Assembly: GCF_036321535.1 (NCBI RefSeq)
Contig: NC_087436.1
Coordinates: 29,576,001-29,640,000, forward strand
Source of the DNA: Camelus dromedarius
Lineage: Eukaryota
DNA: 64,000 nucleotides
Reading direction: 5' to 3'
Numbering within the stretch: the stretch's first letter is position 1; each line of letters opens with the position of its first letter. Under the pieces are notes generated by a model. That model was given only the letters and a program-made list of their open reading frames with translations, was not told the origin of the DNA and did not search any database. Position numbers and translations under genes: made by a program. Below, one piece after another: positions 50,822-64,000 of the stretch.

Positions 50822-53258
50822 GATATTTAATCTCTAGGTCCATCCATGTTGCTGCAAATGGCTTTATTTCATTCTCTTTTATGGCTGAGTAGTATTTCAT
50901 TGTATAAATATACCACTTCTTCTTTATTTACTCATCTGTTCATAGACATTTAGGTTGCTTCCATGTCTTGGTGATTGTAAATAGTGTTGCTATGGACACT
51001 GAGGTGCATGTAACTTTTCAAATTAGAACTTACTCTTAATATATGCCCAGGAGTGGGACTGGTGAATCATATGGTAACTCTACTTTTAGTTTTTTGAAGA
51101 AACCTCCATATTGTTCTCCATAGTGGCTTCAATAACTCACATCCCTACCAGCAGCTTTTATTATTTGTAAACTTTTTAATGATGGCTATTCTGAGTGGTG
51201 TGAGGTGATACCTCATCGTAGTTTTGATTTGCATTCCTCCAATAATTAGTGATATTGAGCATCTTTTTCATGTGCCTTTTGGCCATATGGATGTCTTTGG
51301 AGAAATGTTTATTTAGGTCTTCTGACCATTTTTTGATTAGTTTATAAAAAATATATATTAAGCTGTATGAGTTGTTTGCATATTTTGGAAATTAATTCCT
51401 TGTCAATCGTGTCATTTGCAAATATTTTCTTCCATTCCACAGATTGTCTCTTCATTTTGTTTATGGTTTCCTTTCCTGTGCAAAAGCTTTTTGTTTAATT
51501 AGATCCCATTTGCTTATTTCTTCTTTTATTTATGTCAAAGATGTTCTGCCTATATTTTCCTCTAGGCGTTTTATAGTATCTGGTCTTACGTTTGGGTATT
51601 TAATCCATTTTGAGTTTATTTTTGCATATGGTGTTAGAGAAATGTTCTAATTTTTTTCTTTTATCTGTAACTATCCAGTTTTCACAGCATCACTTATTGA
51701 AGAGAGAGTCATTTCTCCATTGCATATTCTTACTCCTTTGTCATTAATTGACCATAGTGCATGGGTTTATTTCTGGACTTTCTATCCTGTTCCATTGATT
51801 TATACGTCTATTTTTGTGCCAGTACCATACTGTTCTGATTACTGTACTTTGTAGTACAGTCTGAAGTCAGGGAGAATGATTCCACCAGCTCCCTTCTTCT
51901 TTCTCAAGATTGTTCTAGCTATTCAGGATTTTTTGTGTTTTTATATAAAAAATCCCATTGGTAATTTGATAGGGATTGCATTGAATCTGTACATTGTCTT
52001 GGGTAGTATGGCTATTTTAACAATATTGATTCTTTTAATCCAAGAACACAGTATATCTTTCCATCTATTCAGAAAGATAGATGGAAATCTTCACTTTCTT
52101 TCATCAATGTCTCAGTTTTTGGAGTACGGGTCTTTTGCCTTCTTAGGTAGGTTTATTCCTAGGTATTTTATTCTTTTCGATGTGATGGTGAAGGGGATTG
52201 TTTCCTTAATAAAACTTTTTCTGATATTTTGTTGTTAGTGTATAGAAATACAACAGATTTCTGTATATTAATTTTGTATTCTTCAACTTTACCACATTCA
52301 TTGATGAGCTCTAATAGTTTTCTGGTGGTGTCATTAGGATTTTCTATGTATAGTATCATGTCATCTGCAAACAGTTGCAGTTTCACTTCTTCTTTTCCAC
52401 CTTGCACTCCTTTTATTTCTTTTTCTTCTCTGACTGCTGTGGCTAAGACTTACAAAACTCCGCTGAATAAAAATGGAGAGAGTGGGCATTCTTGTCTTGT
52501 TTTTGATCCTTAGAAGAAATGCTTTCAGCTTTTCATCATTGAGTATGATGTCAGCTGTGGGTTTGTCATATATGAATTTCTGAAGAGTCTTTATCATAAA
52601 TAGATACTGAATTTTATCAAAAGCTTTTTCTTTATCTATTGAGATGATCATGTGGTTTTTTATTGTTCAATTTGTTAATGTGGTGTATCACACTGATTTG
52701 TGGATATTGAAAAATCCTTGCATCCCTGAGATAAAACCTACTTGATCATGATGTGTGAGCCTTTTGATGTATTGATGGAGTTTGTTTGCTAGTATTTTGT
52801 GGAAGATTTTTTGCATCTATGCTCATCAGGGATATTGGTCTTTAATTTTCTGTTCTTTTTCTTTCTTTTGTGTGTGTGTGTGTGTGAGATATCTTTGTCT
52901 GTTTTTGGTATTAGGCTTATAGCGGCCTCACAGAATCAGTTTGGAAGTGTTCCTTCCTCTGCAAGTTTTTGGAATAGTTTTAGAAGGATAGGCAGTAATT
53001 CTTTTCTAAATGTTTGGTAGAATTCACGTGGGAAGCCATCTGGTACTAGACTTTTGTTTGTTGGTAGGTTTTGAATTACTGATTCAATTTCAGTACTGGT
53101 AATTGGTGTGTTCATATTATCTACTTCTTCTTGGTTCAGTCTTGGGAGATTGTGCCTTTCTAAGAATTTGTCCATTTCTTCTAGGTTGTCCATTTTATTG
53201 TATAGTTGCTAGCAGTAGCCTCTTACGATCTCTGTATTTCTGTGGTGTCGGATGTAAC
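50822..53258 (-). mobile_element. L1 ORF2 fragment (Z/RT to C-terminal region), disrupted
   Basis: ORFs [51 protein letters not shown] and [21 protein letters not shown] are L1 ORF2; frameshifts and deletions present. Confidence 0.97.
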
Positions 53259-56200
53259 TACAAATTAGTTTTAGACTTATGTAGAAAATTTGACATAGTT
53301 GCCAGGATCAGTATTACAAACAGATTGATATTATTAGTAGAGTTATCTAAAGGTATTTTAAAACTGATTTTGCTTCCTGACTCCCCTTTTCTCCTGTATC
53401 CTCAACATTTTTCCCATAATTACTCTCTTTATCTACCTCCAGCAAAGGGGAAAAAGAATGTCAACTGCTTTTAACTAACCTTAAATTTCTTTATTATTCT
53501 GTTAGAACCTATATATAAATGAGGCCTTAGAATATTTAATGTTGTTTTCTCCTTTTTATGTCTAGCTTCTCTATTACAAGGAATCAAATGTTGACAAATG
53601 TTTTGCACTAGAAGAAATAAAGTAGCATATGCAGGTATGCACATATGAATGAGTGTATCTGTAGGTGTATATAAAATATGACTGTTTGGAAAACATAGAT
53701 ATCTTAACCATAGATTCAAAAACAATATGATTAAACTGCTGTGAATGTGTTTACAACTTCATTTGAAAATATAATATCACTTGCAAATAATAAAGATATT
53801 CAATTTAAAAATCGCATTTCTGTCATGGCAATAACTTCTAAAATACTTTTTTCATTTTCTATTTCAATAAAAGAGGTATCTCAAAATATTAATATAATTT
53901 AGCTGGAGGGACACAATGTACTGTGAGTAACTGTGACAAATTTTATTTTCCCAAGATATGTATTGGCTAGCTACTGTTATTATTGGAATCTCCAAGTATA
54001 ATATTTTCAGTTATTACTTTTTTTGACACATATTGTGGAAACTGAGTAGGCACATGATGCAAGATTTGGTAAAATAAAATATCCTTAAAAGAAATCATAG
54101 TGTTGAACTTTTAAAATTAGCACATTGGGTTAAAATATAAATGTGCTACTAATAAAGAGATATTAACTTATTATGCACTACCTATTCAATTTTAATCTAT
54201 GGTTGGTGTACTTTATACTGCTAAACAAGCTTCCTCTGTTGATTTTTCATGGGTTTCATGGGTTTTCATAATTACCCAGTTTAACTAAAGTAGCTGCACT
54301 ATCTAGGCTAATATGTTAGATTATAGAACTTATTTGTTTTAAGATTATAGAACAAATCTTTCTTACTGTTGAGAACAAGCTCTTAACTCCTACTATATAA
54401 GCAACATAGAGTGGTCTTTAAGATTTTTTTTCAGTGGAATAGACTTTCAGGTTATTCTGACCCTATAACATTAATCAGGATATTGTAATGGTCTGAGCAA
54501 ACATTTACTCATCCAGAAAATGGGGTTAAGAAAATACTCTTCATAAGGACAGGTGATGATCAAATGAGATTGTATATGCAAGTCTCCCATTTAGAGTCTA
54601 ATACAGAGAAGATATTTAAATAATATACAGTATTATTAATATTAAGATGCAAGGCTATTAATTTAATTTATTGATCACTTTTTCACTTGCAATGGATTTC
54701 CATCAATATTGAAAAATGCTGATCTATGGGATCACATATACTATTAAGAACACAACAAAAAATAAATTTGATGTTACTAAATGGACTTAATAAATGAAAA
54801 GATATTGTCCATAATATAGTAGACATATGTTATGTAATATTGTTTCTATTGTATAATAAATTTTAAGATGAGCAGAAATATCATAAAATATTAGGAAACA
54901 TTTTATGTGTTTTTATTTCTCATATAAAATATAAATGAATTAAAGGTATACATTTAAAACAAAAGTACAAAAAAGCTAAATATTTAATTAGCTTTTGTGA
55001 ATTTGAGTATTTATGCACCAAACATGAAATATAGAAAATACAGAAAGAAAATCTTTTTCCTATATAAGAAAAATACAGATCAAAACTACAAGGAAGTTAA
55101 AGTAAAAACACAGAAATTAATGAAACATTTCAAAATATAAAAAATGTACCATAAGTGATATTAACTTAATATTAGCAATATAGAAAAAACTCCTATTTAT
55201 ACATAAAATGAATAAATCAAAGGGAGAAAAGGTAGTGTGAATTCAGAAAATTCACAAAAATTGTCAAAAATAAACAAAAATTGGCAAAAAAATTATTTCA
55301 TTTTACTACTATTCATAGAAACACAATCCAAAGTAAAGTTATAACATCATTTTCTATGACTATGAAGCATACTAATAGTCATAATATTTCAGGATGAGGT
55401 TCAGTGCACTCATTTAGAATCTGTGATGACCTATGTATTTCAGAAGCATACCTTTTCATCTGCAGGACTAGTATTACAAAGTGTCATAATCTTCGATCTA
55501 GTGATGTGGTCAGCATGCAATATTGATCACAGAGGTCTTAATTTATAAATAATTATAGACATCCACACATAACTCTTCACGCATATTTATATCAATATTG
55601 TAAAGATGCACACCAATGGAATTGTTTTATTGTGTTTAGGTGTTAGCATTTTGAGTGATTTTGTGCTTTTTATGCATTTTGAAATTGCACAAAATTATTT
55701 TGCAAAATAACCATATATTCTCAATTTTGTACTTGTAATTAAAAGAGTAAATATATTTCCATTTTAGATAAAAATAAAATTAAGGACTAATATCTAAGAA
55801 ACATCTAAGTTTACTAAAATTCCCTGCTATAGAAATCCAACCTGGAGTAATGGTATAAAAATTGTGTTATTGTTGGTAAGACTGAGACAAAGGCATGTAT
55901 AGTTATTTTTTTAATAGATTTTAAGTTTGATTTAATGAGATTTTAATGTTATACTTCATAACACACCAATATTTTCTGTATAGTATGAAAGATAGTAATT
56001 GGAATATATGGTCCAATTCACATTCAATTAGTGATATCCTCTTTCATACTAAAACTTACGCTGCTGCTAAATCTTTTAATTTGTGAAGACTGTATTCTAA
56101 TTAGATTTTATAATGATAATTCAAAGAAATTATCTGGCAAAATTTCACAGTTGTTTTTATTTCCCTCTTGAGAGGGGTTATTAATTACTGAATCCATCAC

Positions 56201-59200
56201 ATTCTAATCTGTACAAAAAGACTAGTTACTTTAGTGACTTAATAAGTGCAAGACCTTAAACTGTTACTATAATTTTATTAATAAAACATATATTTGATGT
56301 ATAAACATAGTATAATATGATTAACACCAATCTTGGAAAACTACTTTTTTCAAACATCAGATCTTTCTTAAGTGACATCAGTAATAAGGAGAGCCACAAA
56401 AAAAAAAAAACTTTTCAAATGCAAACAAGTGTATAATGAAAAAGATATGAATAGAAATAAAGGAAATCTAAATTTTTCAAGTAGTGTCAAATTCTAAGTT
56501 ATTAATAATACTAATAATATGGCAGTGTAAAATGCTACAAGGAATCACGGGAAAACAGAAATTGCATGTATTGTGGGAATGTATATCAGAACAGTATTCT
56601 AGAAGACCATTTCACAACACCTATCAGAAACTGTAAAGTTGTGTTTTCGCTTACAGAAATTTGTTCCATCAAATTATAATTAGTTAGATATATATTTAAC
56701 TTGATGCCTATTTGTCATCACATTGGTTATTAAAATAAAAGTACGAACATTTCCTAAAAACAGAAGACTGGTTAAAAATATTGAATTAAATCTATATGAT
56801 GGTCAGTCATAAAATAATGTCCAATAACTTAAAAATAATAGAATTTTAAGATTGTTTAATAATTGTAAAGATACTCACTACACATTTAATATGTGAGCTC
56901 CTAGCTTACAAAATAATGTAGATTTTTCTTTATAATGTCTATGTGTATAGATCTGCTTTAGTTCAAGAGAGAAAATATATTATTTTGCTTGTGCAAATTA
57001 TGAATAATAGATAGACATAAGGAATAAACATTAAATATAATCGCTTTGTTTCATTTTCTTTATGACATCAAAATATCTATTTATATTTGAATCATCTTTG
57101 ATAGTCAGTCATGTGGAAGGTTTACTTAGACTGAGTATTTTCTCATAATCACAGAAAAGCATAAACAGAACAAACTGCTTATTTTAATTCTTAGGCATTA
57201 TTAAAATTCTTAATAATGCAATTTCATTATATAAACAGTTTCACGTGCCATTGGAGTTGTGGATGTTGGCTGAGTTGGAATGTAGCTCAATACTATTACT
57301 AGACATATCTCCATGCTTGAAATAGTTACTTTGGCCATGATGGTTCTGTTAACAGAGCCCGTGGACTGTGGCTTAAAACTCTTTTTCAAAGCTGAGAAAT
57401 TGCCATGAAATTACATTTTCCTTTGGAGAATATATCTTTCCATAAACAAGACTACTGAAAGTAGGAGAAAATCCTAGAAAATACAGCATAGCAATAGTAA
57501 TCATAATGTTCTATGTCTTCTCTCCATCCTCTTACTCTTTTTGTTTTCATTTTTCACCTTCCATTAGACACTGCATTCTCTTTACATTAACTCTTGAACA
57601 AAGTGAAAGGTTGGGGGTGTGTGTGTGTGTGCATTCATGGCTGTAATTTAAGATTCTTCTGGGTAAAGAAATCACTGATCTATAAAATATAAGTGACCCA
57701 GATTACTGCAGGGAGTCTTGCCTGCTGCCATTAACCCTTAACTCTATATAGCAAACCTATGAGTAAAGAAAGCTTCTCACAGCAGGCTGTGACCAACATC
57801 CATGAGAGAGGAAAAGGATTATAAATAGATACAGTAGATAAAAGGAGGACAAAATCTGGATCAGGAAGCCTGAAACCTAAATATCAAATACTTGAGTATA
57901 TTTAAATAATAACTGAAGTCAAGCCACACTCTGTTAAATGCACTTTTCAAATTTAGTTGATTCCTGAATATGCAGAATAATTATTCTTCTACAAAATAAT
58001 GTCATTAAAAGCAATTTTAGATATTATGAACATAAATTCATGAAAGTAAACATGATTCTTTAATAGGAATTGATCCATAGTGAAACTGCATTATTAAGAA
58101 AACACTTGAGCATGGTCTATACAATTTTACATGCTAATGTATAGTCCTATAAACCTTGTCATTTCTTAACTTGTATAGGAAATAAGTCCTATGATCACTG
58201 AAGTCCAAAATTTCATGGTATATTTAATTCCTTGCTTATTCTCTGATATCGTAAGTGCTGTTTATACATTTTCCATTTGTTAGAATTAGTATGAATCCCT
58301 TCAACATATAGAATTTCCTCAGTATTGATAAATGTATTAAATCATTAATATATTTTATTTGATTATTCTCATAAAGAATAAAACTTACTGTCATAATTAT
58401 AGGATTTTTCTGAGTATCTGAGACTGAGAAGCGAAGTCAACCTTTCCCTGAAGGCCACTGAACCAATTTATAAGTGATCAGCAATCCAGTCATCCAAGAA
58501 ATCAGAAAGATCTGGTTTTATTTATTCACTGAAAGGAGATAGAGCTTCCCACATTTATTTCACGTGACAAAAAGTTCTTTATTCACAATATGACTAAAAC
58601 TGTACACTTCCAAGTTGATACACCAATAATGCTAGTTTTCCTCTGTATTATCTGTTAGAGTCTCAATGCTTTTACTTAGTCTAATAATGCATGTAACTGG
58701 TGGAATCAATACAGTCATGGGAGTAGTTTCTATAGTAGCTGTTTTATCTTGATGATAGTTCATGTTTTTAATGATCTTTATAACAATTTGTTAAGGCAAA
58801 CAGAAAAATTCTGTATAACCGCAGTATATTTGAGTTTGTGAATCCTTTTAGAATACCCTCATTTACAGAAGTGAGAAAAAGGGGGCTGAAGGTGGTTTAG
58901 AAACTTAAAGAAGGTCTTAGAATTAATGCCATGTTAAGACTAGTGCCAGAGACTATGACTTTCAATCATTCAACTATTTATTATTATTTCAAGATCTATG
59001 TTAAAAATTGCAAAAACAGATTTTTTTAGGATTAGTTAATAATGTAATAAAATGTAGCAAATATGAAAATTCTGTATCAATTCCAAGATTAACTGATTAT
59101 TTTTTACCATTGTTTTTCCAAGATTATCTTGATTTGTTACTTAGCTTCTGCTAAATTCAAACTAGCTTCCTCCTATACCTCTAATGTGTAAGCATTTATA

Positions 59201-59254
59201 ATTAGTAAATATAAATCACTACAAGTGGACATTTGTGTTTTTCATGTAGATTTT

Positions 59255-60215
59255 CCTATTATGGTAAAATATGCATAGCATAAAGTTTAATATGTTAACC
59301 ATTTTAAATGAGCAATTCAGTGGTATAATTACATTTACAATGTTATGCAACCATCACTATTATGTATTTCCAAAAACCTTCATCACACTAAACAGAAACT
59401 CTGTCCATCAAGCAATAACTTACAACTCTCCTCTCCCTTGTTTCTGGTAAACTTTATTCTACATTTTGTCTCTATGAATTTGCCTATTCTAGATATTTCA
59501 TGTAAGGGTAATAATACCATACTTACATTTTTGTGTCTGAATTATTTAACTTATAACATTCTGTGGTTTATCCATAGTGTAGCATGCATCAAAACTGCAT
59601 TCCTTTTGTGACTGAATATATATACACACACTATATTTTATTTATCCATTCCTCAGTTGATGGACACATGTTGTTTCTACCTTTTTGCTATTGTGACTAA
59701 TCCTGCAATAATTTTTATAAGTATCTGTTTAAATTCCTATTTTCAGTTTTGAGGGGCATATAATTAGTAGTCAAATTGCTAGATTATATGGTAATTCGAG
59801 GCTTCACTTTTTGAGAAACTACTGAACTGTTTCAAACTGTCTTCCACAGCAGCTACACCATCTTATATTCCCACTAACAATGCACTAGTGTTCTAATTTC
59901 TTCATGTCCTTATCAATATGTCTTATTTTCCATCTTCTTCAACTATTAATATTAGAAATATCCTAGTGGATACAAAGTGGTATCTCATCAATTTTAATTC
60001 CCCTAATGACTAATTATGTTGAGTATATTTTTATGTGTTTATTGATAATTTGTATACATCTTTTGGAGAAATATCTATTCAAGCCCTTTGCCCATTTTTA
60101 ACTTAATTGCTTGTCTTTTTCGTCATTGAGCTGTTCTTTATACATTCCAGTTATTAAATCCTTATCAGATATGACTTGTAAATATTTTCTCCAATACTGT
60201 AAGTTGTGCATTTTG
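59255..60215 (-). mobile_element. L1MB-like 3' region
   Basis: aaccattttaa..caattcagtgg..acaatgttatgcaaccatcac..ctatgaatttgcctattctagatatttcat..ttggagaaatatctattcaag. Confidence 0.88.
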
Positions 60216-63200
60216 ATTATAATTTTAATGCTTTTTAAAAGTAAACCATGAGATTTTATATTTAAAAAAGACATGTTGTAAAGAACTACCAAAGCAATAG
60301 TAAAATTTTTAAATAAACAAGTTAATGTAAGTTTTAGAATTACTATTGGGAGTACAGGTTGTATTTAAAGATTCTTACTGAATCTCCTTCCGTTAGAAAA
60401 AGAATATTTCTTTTTGCCTGAGGTAAATATTGAATCATGTTCATCAGTTGTTATTCATGAAAATGCTGCTTAAAAAAATGCTCAATAAGTATACAAACCA
60501 TGGAAAATTCTGGCAAAAGTATTTAGCAAGCTGTAGATAAAACATACCCTCCTTAATATGATGACTAGTACATCAAAAAATTATCACAATGATATCAATG
60601 TAAAAAATCATAATTATAATAAATAAATAACAATATAGCAAATATTAGAATAACCATTAAAGCAAAAGGAAGATAATATGGCCATCAATCACTTGGTCTG
60701 GTCATCATTTAGCAGAACATACTCATCTGAACCAAAAGGAAAAACATAGACTAGAAGAGGATAGAACAGAACAGAATAGAGTAGAATTGTATAGCATAGT
60801 ATAGTCCAGTATAGTATATATATTACCAGGTAAATAGTGTTATGAATAAGGACTCCTAAATGAAAACTTTGCACAGAAAAGTACTTGTCTTCAAAGGCTC
60901 TGATGGCCATTTCACCATTAGATTCACTGCTGTGACACAAACAAAACAAAATAAAATATCACTACACAAATGCTAACACTTCCTAAGTCTGGGTTACACG
61001 GGTTTTTATTTTGTTTGTTTAAATGATTAAAGCAGAAGTTCTCAAGGTCAGAAAATGTTCTCACTTTAGTTTTAAAGAGTGTATTGATTTAGTCTGTCCA
61101 AGAATAAAACATAATTAAATATTTGCATAATAAAGATAAGTATTCTTTTCAGAGCGTCCTGGTGATTTAAATATTTTTGCATTGACCTAAATGCTCCTTG
61201 ATAATTACATGGAGTAAATGTATTCTAACCAAGGGTGCACCTTGTGCCATGAATATATTTGCTAATCTAGAAAAATAGAAAATATTTTCAGTAGAAATAC
61301 ATTCCACAATAGCTTGATTTCATGGGAACATCGGGAACAAAACACTTTTGAAACAATATTCATAGAACTGACCCAACAGGACAATGAGGAAATTACTATC
61401 ATCTCTGTTGTTCAGGTCACTAAGCTGTGATTTGGAGAGGTTGAACAATTTGTTTAGGAAAAAAGAAATCGTACACACTCAAAAACAATAAAAATGAAAA
61501 CCAGCCTAACCTCCCACAGTCAGTGCCTCTATCAATTTCATTGTTTTGTAACAATTGAGAGTAAAACACAGATTTTGAGAGATAATAATAAGAGCTCACT
61601 GAAGATTTCCAGTGCCAGAGATAACAACAATTAGATAGATAGATAGACAGACAGATAGACAGACAGACAATTTGTTGTATACATGCTTTAAGCCACAAAG
61701 CTACTGAACTCATTATCCTAAATAGGATATTGCCAGGTTTTCTTGTATTTTTGAATCTGAAATTGAATAGAACGTTTAAGAGAAGAAGAAAAATGTATTA
61801 TAAGCACAAAAAAGTATTTAGAGTTGATACGTTTTGCATATATTTATATTGAGTATTATTAGTTAACTTCATGCTTGTTTACATTTTAATATTGAGTCTT
61901 TGATGTGTGTATGTAGTAGTTTATTTTTTCATGCATAAGTGACTAATGCACGTAAGTTATGATTAAAAAGCTTTTATATAAATGCCTGCCAAATAATTTT
62001 CTTGTAGACATTTTCCCTCTAAAACTATTCTCTGAATATCAAACAGAATTGCATGATAAGTTCTGCTTAAAATACCAATAAAAATTATATTAAAAACTCT
62101 GTTTTAATTCTAAATCCTAATTGTTTTCACTTGAAGCAGAGCCTGAAGTGAAAATTAGGATCTAACACTGTTTGGAAAATGTAAGTTCAGGGCAGTGGGA
62201 ATTAAAATGATGACAACAGTAATAACAATAATAAAAATAAGGGAGGGAAGATATAACTCAGTTGTATTCTGTACCTCACTAAGTGGCTACTACTTAATAA
62301 AGTTACTTGCTCCTCAGACTATTAGAAAGGTAAGAAGAGAAGGAATGGGATTTACCTGTTCAGATTCCTCCTGTTTCCTGTCAAAGTTGATTTCCTAAAT
62401 TATTTGATATTATAAAGTTTATCACCCATGAAAATCTGTATATCTAAGTTGATAAGATGTATTTTTAAAGTCCTATGCTGTTATGTTAATTTAATAGTAA
62501 TAGTAACTTGATTTTCTTATTTTATTTCCTTGCAAATAATGTGCTGTCCTTCAGGAAAATTTTTCTCAGTTGTTATCCGTCAAAACCCTCAAAATATAAT
62601 TGCACTGCAGACACCAAGTCAGTAATATTGACTCAACTTCATTATCTGACTTTTTTCTATGAAAATGTTTTATCCCTTCTCTACCAGCAGAGTATTGTAA
62701 AGTCAGGTATTAGGAGGTAGACCTAACACTTTCTCTAAAAATCTCCCTCAGACCAGCCACCAAGAAATCATGATCTTTTTTTCCAGTTAAATACAATATA
62801 TTTCTTTATGCAATACTAGTTTAGCATACAACATGATAAGTTTCATCTGGAGAGTAACATTTTGGGGTAAAAGATGATAAATTTTATATGATGTGCTTTT
62901 AATACAAATTTGCAGTGGTGTAGGCTTGGTATCTCCCTGTAGATAAATAAATATATGTATGTACTTAAAGTCATTATGTAGTTAAACATTAAATGAAATT
63001 ATTATTAAAGATTAGCAATTATGTTTTTATACTTGAAATAACATTTTTCTACTCTAAAAATATATTTATGTATTAATTAAGAACTCAAATATGTCATACA
63101 AAAATATGTAATATGTGGTATAAAATAGTATTACAGTTGGGTACCTTTAAATTATATGATTGAAATATTTTAATAGTAAAATTTCAAAGACAAAGTAAAA

Positions 63201-63561
63201 GATATGCTAGCTTCATTTTATACACCATCGGATATTCAATATTTATTGTATTTATTAAAGACTGATATTTATTGGGGATATTGTCTTACTATCTTATAAA
63301 TTCAGAAACTTTTGACTGAATATGATAAACACATGCACACTAATACACTCATATACATAATACACATATGTATTAAAAATCAGTCACTTATCTCAATGTT
63401 TTATGAACGTATGAACTTAACTGTCCCTGACAGAAACTACAGTTGATCAATGTTGACAAAATAATTGTTAATTTCAGTTTTCAGAAATGGCTGAGAAGAG
63501 GAGGTAACGAGGCTTACTATGTGTATTTGAAAATTAAAGACTTTTTTTTTTTTCCCTAGTG

Positions 63562-63773
63562 CAATTGTTCTCAACAGGAGAAGGTGGGCTCCTTTGGGGG
63601 ATATTTGACAATGTCAGCAGACATTTTTGGTTGTCATACCTTGCTGGAGGGTGCCACTGGCATCTAGAATATAGAGGCCAAGGATGCTGCCAAACATCTT
63701 GCAATGTTCAAGAGACAGCAACAACAAAACATACTGGGCCCAAAATTTCAACACACTAAGTTGAGAAAATATG
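63562..63773. mobile_element. MER20 hAT-Charlie MITE
   Basis: gttctcaac..gacatttttggttgtca..actggcatctag..gaggccaaggatgctgccaaacatc..ggcccaaaat..gttgagaaa. Confidence 0.88.
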
Positions 63774-64000
63774 TTGTAGAGAAAGAAAAAAAAAAAGGCA
63801 GGAGAAAAAATACAGTAGGCAGGTGTGTCAAGATGGCACTTAACGTTTTCAGAAATGGTACGTCCAGTACTTGATTTTAAGTTTTATGTAACAAGCAGCC
63901 TCTTGGTTAAACGGCAGCTCAGGTAAAACCTATTACAAATATAATGAGTAGATGACGTCTGGTTTGACAGTGAACCAAACATCAGGAGGACAACAGACAC

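Noticed and set aside
700..61130. Scattered ATGCAAAT octamers and short AT-rich palindromes (e.g. 10398-10413, 17345-17362, 57195-57219)
   Set aside because: Frequency is compatible with chance in AT-rich DNA.

Overview
AT-rich mammalian genomic DNA, very probably camelid (camel/alpaca lineage), judged from a vic-1-type tRNA-derived SINE and a camelid-type young L1 3' end. I recognise no intact known protein-coding gene, RNA gene or CRISPR/prokaryotic system. Most ORFs in the track are spurious, or are decayed L1 ORF2 or ERV-L pol. The window holds many old repeats: three ERV-L/LTR16 proviral remnants, MaLR/MLT LTRs, solo LTRs with TSDs, L1/HAL1, L2, MIR, and hAT/Tigger MITEs. Best observations: (1) a full-length RBP2 processed pseudogene at 12.84-13.50 kb that appears to have gained CpGs and now looks like an orphan CpG island; (2) a two-monomer piece of ~243-bp satellite-like DNA inserted cleanly into an ancient LTR16A; (3) an ACTG1 3'UTR retro-fragment nested in an MLT2 LTR nested in ERV-L pol; (4) a speculative minus-strand transcription unit (ZNF143-like promoter motifs at ~24.7 kb plus phase-compatible small exons down to ~6.4 kb) that could be a lncRNA, a transmembrane microprotein gene or a decayed unitary pseudogene. 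Repeat family names come from my memory of consensus sequences and need RepeatMasker/Dfam confirmation.
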